Assembly: GCF_030028105.1 (NCBI RefSeq)
Contig: NC_092382.1
Span: forward strand, 100,704,699 to 100,768,698
DNA length: 64,000 nt
DNA from: Mobula birostris
Taxonomy: Eukaryota
Direction: 5' to 3'
The position numbers were made by a program, and so were the translations under genes. How positions within the stretch are numbered: the first letter of the stretch is position 1; the number at the start of each line of letters is the position of its first letter. Below the pieces are notes generated by a model, which saw only the letters and a program-made list of their open reading frames with translations, was not told the origin of the DNA and made no database searches. Shown one piece after another: positions 15,001-30,000 of this stretch.

Positions 15001-18000
15001 ATCTGTGTCCTCTGGTCCTAGACTCCCCCATAACAGGAAACATCCTCTCCACATCCACTCGATCTGTGTCCTCTGGTCCTAGACTCCCCCATTGCAGGAA
15101 ATATCCTCTCCAAATCCACTCTATCTTTGTCCCTGGTCCTAGGCTCCCCCACTACAGGAAACATCCACTCTATCTGTGTCTTCTGGTCCTAGACTTCACC
15201 CACTGTAGGAAACATCCTCTCCACATCCACTGTATCTGTGTCCTATGTTCCTAGACTCTACCACTACAGGAAACATAGTCTCCACATCCACTATATCTGT
15301 GTCCTCTGGTGCTAGAGCCACACACTATAGGAAACATCCTCTCCGCATTCACTCTCTCTGTGTCCTCTGGTCCGAGACCCCCCTCCCTCACACTACCGGA
15401 AACATCCTCTCCATATCCACTCTATCTGTGTCCTCTGGTCCTAGACTCCCCCATTACAGAAAACATCCTCTTCATTTTCACTCCATCTGTGTCCTCTGGT
15501 CCTGGTCTCCCCCACTACACTACAGGAAACATCCTCTCCATATCCACTCTATCTGTGTCCTCTGGTCCTGGACTCCCCCATTACAGGAAACATGCTCTCC
15601 ACATCCACTCTCTCTGTGTCCTCTGGTCCTTGACTCCCCCATTACAGGAAACATCTTCTCCACATCCACTCTATCTGTGTCCTCTGGTCCTAGTCTCCCG
15701 CACTATAGGAAACGTCCTCTCCATATCCACTCTATCTGTGTCCTCTGGTCCTAGACTCCCATTAAAGGAAACATCCTCTCCACATCCACTTTATCTGTGT
15801 CCCTGGTCCTAGACTACCCCACTACAGGAAACATACTCTCCATATCCACTCTATCTGTGTCCTCTGGTCCTAGTCTCCCCCGCTATAGGAAACGTACTCT
15901 CCATATCCACTCTATCTGTATCCTCTTGTCCTAGACTCCCCCCACTACAGGAAACATCCTCTCCACATCCACTCTATCTGTGTCCTCTGGTCCTAGACTC
16001 GCCCACTACAGGACACATCCTCTCCACATCCACTCTATCTGTGTCCTCTGGTCCTAGACTCCCCCACTAGAGGATACATCCTCTCCACATCCACTCTATC
16101 TGTGTCCTCTGGTCCTAGACTCCCCCACTAGAGGATACATCCTCTCCACATCCACTCTATCTGTGTCCTCTGGTCCTAGACTCCCCCCACTTCAGGAAAC
16201 ATCCTCTCCACATGCACTCTATCTGTGTCCTCTGTTCCTAGACTCCCATTAAAGGAAACATCCTCTCCACATCCACTTTATCTGTGTCCCTGGTCCTAGA
16301 CTACCCCACTACAGGAAACATCCTCTCCACATCTACTCTATCTGTGTCCTCTGGACATAGATTACCCCCACTGCAGGAAACATCTCCTCCACATCCAGTC
16401 TATCTGTGTCCTCTGGCTTTAGACTCCCCCCACTACAGGAAACATCCTCTCCACATTTGCTCTATCTGTGTCCTCTGGTCCTACACTTTCCCCACTATAG
16501 GAAACGTCTTTTCCATATCCACTCTATCTTCTGTCCTATGGTCCTAGACTCTCACACTGCAGGATACATCCTCTGCATATCCAGTCTATCTGTATCCTCT
16601 TTTCCTAGACTCCCCCCACTACAGGAAACATCCTCTCCATATCCACTCCATCTGTGTCCTCTGGTCCTAGACTCCCCCATTACAGGAAACATCCTCTGCA
16701 CTTCCACTCTATCTGTGTCCTCTGGTCCTAGACTCCCCACTATCGGAAGCATCCTCTCCATATCCTCTCTATCTCTGTCCTCTTGTCCTAGACTCACCCA
16801 TCACAGGAAACATCCTCTCCACATCCACTCTATCTGTGTCCTCTGGTCCTAGTCTTCCCCACTATAGGAAGCGACCTCTCCATATCCACTCTATCTGTGT
16901 CCTCTGGTCCTAGACTCCCCAAATACTGGAAACATCCTCTCCACATCCACTTTATCTGTGTCCCTGGTCCAAGACTACCCCACTACAGGAAACATCCACT
17001 CCATATCCACTCTATCTGTGTCCTCTGGTCCTAGACTCCCCCATTACAGGAAACATCCTCTCCACATCAACTCTATCTCTGCCCTCATGTCCTAGACTCC
17101 CCCGCTAGAGGAAACATCCTCTCCATATCCACTCTATCTGTGTCCTCCGGTCCTAGACTCCCCCATTACAGGAAACATTGTCTCCATATCCACTCGATCT
17201 GTTTCCTCTGTTCCTAGACTCCCCCATTACAGGAAACATCCTCTCCACATCCACTCTATCTGTGTCCCTGGGCCTAGACTCCCCCACTACAGGAAACATC
17301 CACTCTATCTGTGTCTTCTGGTCCTAGACTTCACCCACTGTAGGAAACATCCTCTCCACATCCACTGTATCTGTGTCCTATGTTCCTAGACTCTACCACT
17401 ACAGGAAACATCCTCTCCACATCCACTCTATCTGTGTCCTCTGGTCCTAGACTCACCCATTACAGGAAACATCCTCTGCACTTCCACTCTATCTGTGTCC
17501 TCTGGTCCTAGACTCCCCACTATCGGAAGCATCCTCTCCATATCCTCTCTATCTGTGTCCTCTGGTCCTAGACTCACCCATCACAGGAAACATCCTCTCC
17601 ACATCCACTCTATCTGTGTCCTCTGGTCCTAGTCTTCCCCACTATAGGAAGCGACCTCTCCATATCCACTCTATCTGTGTCCTCTGGTCCTAGACTCCCC
17701 AAATACTGGAAACTTCCTCTCCACATCCACTTTATCTGTGTCCCTGGTCCAAGACTACCCCACTACAGGAAACATCCACTCCATATCCACTCTATCTGTG
17801 TCCTCTGGTCCTAGACTCCCCCATTACAGGAAACATCCTCTCCACATCCACTCTATCTCTGCCCTCATGTCCTAGACACCCCCGCTAGAGGAAACATCCT
17901 CTCCATATCCACTCTATCTGTGTCCTCCGGTCCTAGACTCCCCCATTACAGGAAACATTGTCTCCATATCCACTCGATCTGTTTCCTCTGTTCCTAGACT

Positions 18001-21000
18001 CCCCCATTACAGGAAACATCCTCTCCACATCCACTCTATCTGTGTCCCTGGGCCTAGACTCCCCCACTACAGGAAACATCCACTCTATCTGTGTCTTCTG
18101 GTCCTAGACTTCACCCACTGTAGGAAACATCCTCTCCACATCCACTGTATCTGTGTCCTATGTTCCTAGACTCTACCACTACAGGAAACATCCTCTCCAC
18201 ATCCACTCTATCTGTGTCCTCTGGTCCTAGACTCACCCATTACAGGAAACATCCTCTGCACTTCCACTCTATCTGGGTCCTCTGGTCCTAGACTCCCCAC
18301 TATCGGAAGCATCCACTCCATATCCTCTCTATCTGTGTCCTCTGGTCCTAGACTCACCCATCACAGGAAACATCCTCTCCACATCCACTCTATCTGTGTC
18401 CTCTGGTCCTAGTCTTCCCCACTATAGGAAGCGACCTCTCCATATCCACTCTATCTGTGTCCTCTGGTCCTAGACTCCCCAAATACTGGAAACTTCCTCT
18501 CCACATCCACTTTATCTGTGTCCCTGGTCCAAGACTACCCCACTACAGGAAACATCCACTCCATATCCACTCTATCTGTGTCCTCTGGTCCTAGACTCCC
18601 CCATTACAGGAAACATTCTCTCCATATCCACTCGATCTGTTTCCTCTGTTCCTAGACTCCCCCATTACAGGAAACATCCTCTCCACATCCACTCTATCTG
18701 TGCCCTCATGTCCTAGACTCCCCCGCTAGAGGAAACATCCTCTCCATATCCACTCTATCTGTGTCCTCCGGTCCTAGACTCCCCCATTACAGGAAACATT
18801 CTCTCCATATCCACTCGATCTGTTTCCTCTGTTCCTAGACTCCCCCATTACAGGAAACATCCTCTCCACATCCACTCTATCTGTGTCCCTGGGCCTAGAC
18901 TCCCCCACTACAGGAAACATCCACTCTATCTGTGTCTTCTGGTCCTAGACTTCACCCACTGTAGGAAACATCCTCTCCACATCCACTGTATCTGTGTCCT
19001 ATCTTCCTAGACTCTACCACTACAGGAAACATCCTCTCCACATCCACTATATCTGTGTCCTCTGGTGCTAGAGCCACACACTATAGGAAACATCCTCTCC
19101 GCATTCACTCTCTCTGTGTCCTCTGGTCCGAGACCCCCCTCCCCCACACTAAAGGAAACATCCTCTCCATATCCACTCTATCTGTGTCCTCTGGTCCTAG
19201 ACTACCCCACTACAGGAAACATCCTCTCCACATCTACTCTATCTGTGTCCTCTGGACATAGATTTCCCCCACTACAGGAAACATCTTCTCCACATCCAGT
19301 CTATCTGTGTCCTCTGGCTTTAGACTCCCCCTACTACAGGAAACATCCTCTCCACATTTGCTCTATCTGTGTCCTCTGGTCCTACACTTTCCCCACTATA
19401 GGAAACGTCTTTTCCATATCCACTCTATCTTCTGTCCTATGGTCCTAGACTCTCACACTGCAGGATACATCCTCTGCATATCCAGTCTATCTGTATCCTC
19501 TTTTCCTAGACTCCCCCCACTACAGGAAACATCCTCTCCATATCCACTCCATCTGTGTCCTCTGGTCCTAGACTCCCCCATTACAGGAAACATCCTCTCC
19601 ACATCCACTCTATCTCTGCCCTCATGTCCTAGACTCCCCCGCTAGAGGAAACATCCTCTCCATATCCACTCTATCTGTGTCCTCCGGTCCTAGACTCCCC
19701 CATTACAGGAAACATTCTCTCCATATCCACTCGATCTGTTTCCTCTGTTCCTAGACTCCCCCATTACAGGAAACATCCTCTCCACATCCACTCTATCTGT
19801 GTCCCTGGGCCTAGACTCCCCCACTACAGGAAACATCCACTCTATCTGTGTCTTCTGGTCCTAGACTTCACCCACTGTAGGAAACATCCTCTCCACATCC
19901 ACTGTATCTGTGTCCTATGTTCCTAGACTCTACCACTACAGGAAACATCCTCTCCACATCCACTATATCTGTGTCCTCTGGTGCTAGAGCCACACACTAT
20001 AGGAAACATCCTCTCCGCATTCACTCTCTCTGTGTCCTCTGGTCCGAGACCCCCCTCCCCCACACTAAGGGAAACATCCTCTCCATATCCACTCTATCTG
20101 TGTCCTCTGGTCCTAGTCTCCCCCACTATAGGAAACATCCTCTCCATATCCACTCTATCTGTGTCCGCTGATCGCAGTATCCCCCAATATAGGAAACTTC
20201 CTCTTCATATACACTCTATCTGTGTCCTCCGGTCCTAGACTCCCCCTACTACAGGAAACATCCCCTCCACATCCACTCTATCTGTGTCCTCTGGTCCTAG
20301 ACTTCCCACACTGTAGGAAACAGCCTCTCCACTTCCACTGTATCTGTGTCCTCTGGTCCCAGACTCTGCCACGACAGGAAACATCCTTTCCATATCCACT
20401 CTATCTGTGTCCTCTGGTCCTAGACTCCCCAAATACTGGAAACTTCCTCTCCACATCCACTTTATCTGTGTCCCTGGTCCAAGACTACCCCACTACAGGA
20501 AACATCCACTCCATATCCACTCTATCTGTGTCCTCTGGTCCTAGACTCCCCCATTACAGGAAACATCCTCTCCACATCCACTCTATCTCTGCCCTCATGT
20601 CCTAGACACCCCCGCTAGAGGAAACATCCTCTCCATATCCACTCTATCTGTGTCCTCCGGTCCTAGACTCCCCCATTACAGGAAACATTGTCTCCATATC
20701 CACTCGATCTGTTTCCTCTGTTCCTAGACTCCCCCATTACAGGAAACATCCTCTCCACATCCACTCTATCTGTGTCCCTGGGCCTAGACTCCCCCACTAC
20801 AGGAAACATCCACTCTATCTGTGTCTTCTGGTCCTAGACTTCACCCACTGTAGGAAACATCCTCTCCACATCCACTGTATCTGTGTCCTATGTTCCTAGA
20901 CTCTACCACTACAGGAAACATCCTCTCCACATCCACTCTATCTGTGTCCTCTGGTCCTAGACTCACCCATTACAGGAAACATCCTCTGCACTTCCACTCT

Positions 21001-24000
21001 ATCTGTGTCCTCTGGTCCTAGACTCCCCACTATCGGAAGCATCCACTCCATATCCTCTCTATCTGTGTCCTCTGGTCCTAGACTCACCCATCACAGGAAA
21101 CATCCTCTCCACATCCACTCTATCTGTGTCCTCTGGTCCTAGTCTTCCCCACTATAGGAAGCGACCTCTCCATATCCACTCTATCTGTGTCCTCTGGTCC
21201 TAGACTCCCCAAATACTGGAAACTTCCTCTCCACATCCACTTTATCTGTGTCCCTGGTCCAAGACTACCCCACTACAGGAAACATCCACTCCATATCCAC
21301 TCTATCTGTGTCCTCTGGTCCTAGACTCCCCCATTACAGGAAACATTCTCTCCATATCCACTCGATCTGTTTCCTCTGTTCCTAGACTCCCCCATTACAG
21401 GAAACATCCTCTCCACATCCACTCTATCTGTGCCCTCATGTCCTAGACTCCCCCGCTAGAGGAAACATCCTCTCCATATCCACTCTATCTGTGTCCTCCG
21501 GTCCTAGACTCCCCCATTACAGGAAACATTCTCTCCATATCCACTCGATCTGTTTCCTCTGTTCCTAGACTCCCCCATTACAGGAAACATCCTCTCCACA
21601 TCCACTCTATCTGTGTCCCTGGGCCTAGACTCCCCCACTACAGGAAACATCCACTCTATCTGTGTCTTCTGGTCCTAGACTTCACCCACTGTAGGAAACA
21701 TCCTCTCCACATCCACTGTATCTGTGTCCTATCTTCCTAGACTCTACCACTACAGGAAACATCCTCTCCACATCCACTATATCTGTGTCCTCTGGTGCTA
21801 GAGCCACACACTATAGGAAACATCCTCTCCGCATTCACTCTCTCTGTGTCCTCTGGTCCGAGACCCCCCTCCCCCACACTAAAGGAAACATCCTCTCCAT
21901 ATCCACTCTATCTGTGTCCTCTGGTCCTAGACTCCCCCCACTTCAGGAAACATCCTCTCCACATGCACTCTATCTGTGTCCTCTGTTCCTAGACTCCCAT
22001 TAAAGGAAACATCCTCTCCACATCCACTTTATCTGTGTCCCTGGTCCTAGACTACCCCACTACAGGAAACATCCTCTCCACATCTACTCTATCTGTGTCC
22101 TCTGGACATAGATTTCCCCCACTACAGGAAACATCTTCTCCACATCCAGTCTATCTGTGTCCTCTGGCTTTAGACTCCCCCTACTACAGGAAACATCCTC
22201 TCCACATTTGCTCTATCTGTGTCCTCTGGTCCTACACTTTCCCCACTATAGGAAACGTCTTTTCCATATCCACTCTATCTTCTGTCCTATGGTCCTAGAC
22301 TCTCACACTGCAGGATACATCCTCTGCATATCCAGTCTATCTGTATCCTCTTTTCCTAGACTCCCCCCACTACAGGAAACATCCTCTCCATATCCACTCC
22401 ATCTGTGTCCTCTGGTCCTAGACTCCCCCATTACAGGAAACATCCTCTCCACATCCACTCTATCTCTGCCCTCATGTCCTAGACTCCCCCGCTAGAGGAA
22501 ACATCCTCTCCATATCCACTCTATCTGTGTCCTCCGGTCCTAGACTCCCCCATTACAGGAAACATTCTCTCCATATCCACTCGATCTGTTTCCTCTGTTC
22601 CTAGACTCCCCCATTACAGGAAACATCCTCTCCACATCCACTCTATCTGTGTCCCTGGGCCTAGACTCCCCCACTACAGGAAACATCCACTCTATCTGTG
22701 TCTTCTGGTCCTAGACTTCACCCACTGTAGGAAACATCCTCTCCACATCCACTGTATCTGTGTCCTATGTTCCTAGACTCTACCACTACAGGAAACATCC
22801 TCTCCACATCCACTATATCTGTGTCCTCTGGTGCTAGAGCCACACACTATAGGAAACATCCTCTCCGCATTCACTCTCTCTGTGTCCTCTGGTCCGAGAC
22901 CCCCCTCCCCCACACTAAGGGAAACATCCTCTCCATATCCACTCTATCTGTGTCCTCTGGTCCTAGTCTCCCCCACTATAGGAAACATCCTCTCCATATC
23001 CACTCTATCTGTGTCCGCTGATCGCAGTATCCCCCAATATAGGAAACTTCCTCTTCATATACACTCTATCTGTGTCCTCCGGTCCTAGACTCCCCCTACT
23101 ACAGGAAACATCCCCTCCACATCCACTCTATCTGTGTCCTCTGGTCCTAGACTTCCCACACTGTAGGAAACAGCCTCTCCACTTCCACTGTATCTGTGTC
23201 CTCTGGTCCCAGACTCTGCCACGACAGGAAACATCCTTTCCATATCCACTCTATCTGTGTCCTCTGGTCCTAGTCTCCCCCACTATAGGAAACATCCTCT
23301 CCATATCCACTCTATCTGTGTCCGCTGATCCCAGTCTCCCCCAATATAGGAAACTTCCTCTTCATATGCACTCTATCTGTGCCCTCTGGTCCTAGACTCC
23401 CCCTACTACAGGAAACATCCCCTCCACATCCACTCTATCTGTGTCCTCTGGTCCTAGACTTCCCACACTGTAGGAAACAGCCTCTCCACTTCCACTGTAT
23501 CTGTGTCCTCTGGTCCCAGACTCTGCCACGACAGGAAACATCCTTTCCATATCCACTCTATCTGTATCCTCTGGTCCTAGACTCCCCCAGAATAGGAAAC
23601 ATCCTCTCCACATTCACTCTATCTGTGTCCTCTGGTCCGAGAGTCTGCCACTATAGGAAACATCCTCTCCTTATCCACTCTATCTGTGTCCTCTGGTCCT
23701 AGACTCCTCCATTACAGGAAACATCCTCTCCATATCCACTCTATCTGTGTCCTCTGGTCCTAGACTCCCCCATAACAGGAAACATCCTCTCCACATCCAC
23801 TCGATCTGTGTCCTCTGGTCCTAGACTCCCCCATTGCAGGAAATATCCTCTCCAAATCCACTCTATCTTTGTCCCTGGTCCTAGGCTCCCCCACTACAGG
23901 AAACATCCACTCTATCTGTGTCTTCTGGTCCTAGACTTCACCCACTGTAGGAAACATCCTCTCCACATCCACTGTATCTGTGCCCTATGTTCCTAGACTC

Positions 24001-27000
24001 TACCACTACAGGAAACATCGTCTCCACATCCACTATATCTGTGTCCTCTGGTGCTAGAGCCACACACTATAGGAAACATCCTCTCCGCATTCACTCTCTC
24101 TGTGTCCTCTGGTCCGAGACCCCCCTCCCTCACACTACCGGAAACATCCTCTCCATATCCACTCTATCTGTGTCCTCTGGTCCTAGACTCCCCCATTACA
24201 GAAAACATCCTCTTCATTTTCACTCCATCTGTGTCCTCTGGTCCTGGTCTCCCCCACTACACTACAGGAAACATCCTCTCCATATCCACTCTATCTGTGT
24301 CCTCTGGTCCTGGACTCCCCCATTACAGGAAACATGCTCTCCACATCCACTCTCTCTGTGTCCTCTGGTCCTTGACTCCCCCATTACAGGAAACATCTTC
24401 TCCACATCCACTCTATCTGTGTCCTCTGGTCCTAGTCTCCCGCACTATAGGAAACGTCCTCTCCATATCCACTCTATCTGTGTCCTCTGGTCCTAGACTC
24501 CCATTAAAGGAAACATCCTCTCCACATCCACTTTATCTGTGTCCCTGGTCCTAGACTACCCCACTACAGGAAACATACTCTCCATATCCACTCTATCTGT
24601 GTCCTCTGGTCCTAGTCTCCCCCGCTATAGGAAACGTACTCTCCATATCCACTCTATCTGTATCCTCTTGTCCTAGACTCCCCCCACTACAGGAAACATC
24701 CTCTCCACATCCACTCTATCTGTGTCCTCTGGTCCTAGACTCGCCCACTACAGGACACATCCTCTCCACATCCACTCTATCTGTGTCCTCTGGTCCTAGA
24801 CTCCCCCACTAGAGGATACATCCTCTCCACATCCACTCTATCTGTGTCCTCTGGTCCTAGACTCCCCCACTAGAGGATACATCCTCTCCACATCCACTCT
24901 ATCTGTGTCCTCTGGTCCTAGACTCCCCCCACTTCAGGAAACATCCTCTCCACATGCACTCTATCTGTGTCCTCTGTTCCTAGACTCCCATTAAAGGAAA
25001 CATCCTCTCCACATCCACTTTATCTGTGTCCCTGGTCCTAGACTACCCCACTACAGGAAACATCCTCTCCACATCTACTCTATCTGTGTCCTCTGGACAT
25101 AGATTACCCCCACTGCAGGAAACATCTTCTCCACATCCAGTCTATCTGTGTCCTCTGGCTTTAGACTCCCCCACTACAGGAAACATCCTCTCCACATTTG
25201 CTCTATCTGTGTCCTCTGGTCCTACACTTTCCCCACTATAGGAAACGTCTTTTCCATATCCACTCTATCTTCTGTCCTATGGTCCTAGACTCTCACACTG
25301 CAGGATACATCCTCTGCATATCCAGTCTATCTGTATCCTCTTTTCCTAGACTCCCCCCACTACAGGAAACATCCTCTCCATATCCACTCCATCTGTGTCC
25401 TCTGGTCCTAGACTCCCCCATTACACGAAACATCCTCTGCACTTCCACTCTATCTGTGTCCTCTGGTCCTAGACTCCCCACTATCGGAAGCATCCTCTCC
25501 ATATCCTCTCTATCTGTGTCCTCTTGTCCTAGACTCACCCATCACAGGAAACATCCTCTCCACATCCACTCTATCTGTGTCCTCTGGTCCTAGTCTTCCC
25601 CACTATAGGAAGCGACCTCTCCATATCCACTCTATCTGTGTCCTCTGGTCCTAGACTCCCCAAATACTGGAAACATCCTCTCCACATCCACTTTATCTGT
25701 GTCCCTGGTCCAAGACTACCCCACTACAGGAAACATCCACTCCTCCATGATCCACTCTATCTGTGTCCTCTGGTCCTAGACTCCCCCATTACAGGAAACA
25801 TCCTCTCCACATCCACTCTATCTCTGCCCTCATGTCCTAGACTCCCCCGCTAGAGGAAACATCCTCTCCATATCCACTCTATCTGTGTCCTCCGGTCCTA
25901 GACTCCCCCATTACAGGAAACATTGCCTCCATATCCACTCGATCTGTTTCCTCTGTTCCTAGACTCCCCATTACAGGAAACATCCTCTCCACATCCACTC
26001 TATCTGTGTCCCTGGGCCTAGACTCCCCCAACTACAGGAAACATCCACTCTATCTGTGTCTTCTGGTCCTAGACTTCACCCACTGTAGGAAACATCCTCT
26101 CCACATCCACTGTATCTGTGTCCTATGTTCCTAGACTCTACCACTACAGGAAACATCCTCTCCACATCCACTCTATCTGTGTCCTCTGGTCCTAGACTCA
26201 CCCATTACAGGAAACATCCTCTGCACTTCCACTCTATCTGTGTCCTCTGGTCCTAGACTCCCCACTATCGGAAGCATCCTCTCCATATCCTCTCTATCTG
26301 TGTCCTCTGGTCCTAGACTCACCCATCACAGGAAACATCCTCTCCACATCCACTCTATCTGTGTCCTCTGGTCCTAGTCTTCCCCACTATAGGAAGCGAC
26401 CTCTCCATATCCACTCTATCTGTGTCCTCTGGTCCTAGACTCCCCAAATACTGGAAACTTCCTCTCCACATCCACTTTATCTGTGTCCTGGTCCAAGACT
26501 ACCCCACTACAGAAACATCCACTCCATATCCACTCTATCTGTGTCCTCTGGTCCTAGACTCCCCCATTACAGGAAACATCCTCTCCACATCCCACTCTAT
26601 CTCTGCCCTCATGTCCTAGACACCCCCGCTAGAGGAAACATCCTCTCCATATCCACTCTATCTGTGTCCTCCGGTCCTAGACTCCCCCATTACAGGAAAC
26701 ATTGTCTCCATATCCACTCGATCTGTTTCCTCTGTTCCTAGACTCCCCCCATTACAGGAAACATCCTCTCCACATCCACTCTATCTGTGTCCCTGGGCCT
26801 AGACTCCCCCACTACAGGAAACATCCACTCTATCTGTGTCTTCTGGTCCTAGACTTCACCCACTGTAGGAAACATCCTCTCCACATCCACTGTATCTGTG
26901 TCCTATGTTCCTAGACTCTACCACTACAGGAAACATCCTCTCCACATCCACTCTATCTGTGTCCTCTGGTCCTAGACTCACCCATTACAGGAAACATCCT

Positions 27001-30000
27001 CTGCACTTCCACTCTATCTGTGTCCTCTGGTCCTAGACTCCCCACTATCGGAAGCATCCACTCCATATCCTCTCTATCTGTGTCCTCTGGTCCTAGACTC
27101 ACCCATCACAGGAAACATCCTCTCCACATCCACTCTATCTGTGTCCTCTGGTCCTAGTCTTCCCCACTATAGGAAGCGACCTCTCAATATCCACTCTATC
27201 TGTGTCCTCTGGTCCTAGACTCCCCAAATACTGGAAACTTCCTCTCCACATCCACTTTATCTGTGTCCCTGGTCCAAGACTACCCCACTACAGGAAACAT
27301 CCACTCCATATCCACTCTATCTGTGTCCTCTGGTCCTAGACTCCCCCATTACAGGAAACATCCTCTCCACATCCACTCTATCTGTGCCCTCATGTCCTAG
27401 ACTCCCCCGCTAGAGGAAACATCCTCTCCATATCCACTCTATCTGTGTCCTCCGGTCCTAGACTCCCCCATTACAGGAAACATTCTCTCCATATCCACTC
27501 GATCTGTTTCCTCTGTTCCTAGACTCCCCCATTACAGGAAACATCCTCTCCACATCCACTCTATCTGTGTCCCTGGGCCTAGACTCCCCCACTACAGGAA
27601 ACATCCACTCTATCTGTGTCTTCTGGTCCTTAGGACTTCACCCACTGTAGGAAACATCCTCTCCACATCCACTGTATCTGTGTCCTATCTTCCTAGACTC
27701 TACCACTACAGGAAACATCCTCTCCACATCCACTATATCTGTGTCCTCTGGTGCTAGAGCCACACACTATAGGAAACATCCTCTCCGCATTCACTCTCTC
27801 TGTGTCCTCTGGTCCGAGACCCCCCTCCCCCACACTAAAGGAAACATCCTCTCCATATCCACTCTATCTGTGTCCTCTGGTCCTAGACTCCCCCCCACTT
27901 CAGGAAACATCCTCTCCACATGCACTCTATCTGTGTCCTCTGTTCCTAGACTCCCATTAAAGGAAACATCCTCTCCACATCCACTTTATCTGTGTCCCTG
28001 GTCCTAGACTACCCCACTACAGGAAACATCCTCTCCACATCTACTCTATCTGTGTCCTCTGGACATAGATTTCCCCCACTACAGGAAACATCTTCTCCAC
28101 ATCCAGTCTATCTGTGTCCTCTGGCTTTAGACTCCCCCCACTACAGGAAACATCCTCTCCACATTTGCTCTATCTGTGTCCTCTGGTCCTACACTTTCCC
28201 CACTATAGGAAACGTCTTTTCCATATCCACTCTATCTTCTGTCCTATGGTCCTAGACTCTCACACTGCAGGATACATCCTCTGCATATCCAGTCTATCTG
28301 TATCCTCTTTCCTAGACTCCCCCCACTACAGGAAACATCCTCTCCATATCCACTCCATCTGTGTCCTCTGGTCCTAGACTCCCCCATTACAGGAAACATC
28401 CTCTCCACATCCACTCTATCTCTGCCCTCATGTCCTAGACTCCCCCGCTAGAGGAAACATCCTCTCCATATCCACTCTATCTGTGTCCTCCGGTCCTAGA
28501 CTCCCCCATTACAGGAAACATTCTCTCCATATCCACTCGATCTGTTTCCTCTGTTCCTAGACCTCCCCCATTACAGGAAACATCCTCTCCACATCCACTC
28601 TATCTGTGTCCCTGGGCCTAGACTCCCTCACTACAGGAAACATCCACTCTATCTGTGTCTTCTGGTCCTAGACTTCACCCACTGTAGGAAACATCCTCTC
28701 CACATCCACTGTATCTGTGTCCTATGTTCCTAGACTCTACCACTACAGGGAAACATCCTCTCCACATCCACTATATCTGTGTCCTCTGGTGCTAGAGCAC
28801 ACACTATAGGAAACATCCTCTCCGCATTCACTCTCTCTGTGTCCTCTGGTCCGAGACCCCCCTCCCCCCACACTAAGGAAACATCCTCTCCATATCCACT
28901 CTATCTGTGTCCTCTGGTCCTAGTCTCCCCACTATAGGAAACATCCTCTCCATATCCACTCTATCTGTGTCCGCTGATCGCAGTATCCCCCAATATAGGA
29001 AACTTCCTCTTCATATACACTCTATGTGTCCTCCGGTCCTAGACTCCCCCTACTACAGGAAACATCCCCTCCACATCCACTCTATCTGTGTCCTCTGGTC
29101 CTAGACTTCCCACACTGTAGGAAACAGCCTCTCCACTTCCACTGTATCTGTGTCCTCTGGTCCCAGACTCTGCCACGACAGGAAACATCCTTTCCATATC
29201 CACTCTATCTGTGTCCTCTGGTCCTAGTCTCCCCCACTATAGGAAACATCCTCTCCATATCCACTCTATCTGTGTCCGCTGATCCCAGTCTCCCCCAATA
29301 TAGGAAACTTCCTCTTCATATGCACTCTATCTGTGCCCTCTGGTCCTAGACTCCCCCTACTACAGGAAACATCCCCTCCACATCCACTCTATCTGTGTCC
29401 TCTGGTCCTAGACTTCCCACACTGTAGGAAACAGCCTCTCCACTTCCACTGTATCTGTGTCCTCTGGTCCCAGACTCTGCCACGACAGGAAACATCCTTT
29501 CCATATCCACTCTATCTGTATCCTCTGGTCCTAGACTCCCCCAGAATAGGAAACATCCTCTCCACATTCACTCTATCTGTGTCCTCTGGTCCGAGAGTCT
29601 GCCACTATAGGAAACATCCTCTCCTTATCCACTCTATCTGTGTCCTCTGGTCCTAGACTCCTCCATTACAGGAAACATCCTCTCCATATCCACTCTATCT
29701 GTGTCCTCTGGTCCTAGACTCCCCCATAACAGGAAACATCCTCTCCACATCCACTCGATCTGTGTCCTCTGGTCCTAGACTCCCCCATTGCAGGAAATAT
29801 CCTCTCCAAATCCACTCTATCTTTGTCCCTGGTCCTAGGCTCCCCCACTACAGGAAACATCCACTCTATCTGTGTCTTCTGGTCCTAGACTTCACCCACT
29901 GTAGGAAACATCCTCTCCACATCCACTGTATCTGTGCCCTATGTTCCTAGACTCTACCACTACAGGAAACATCGTCTCCACATCCACTATATCTGTGTCC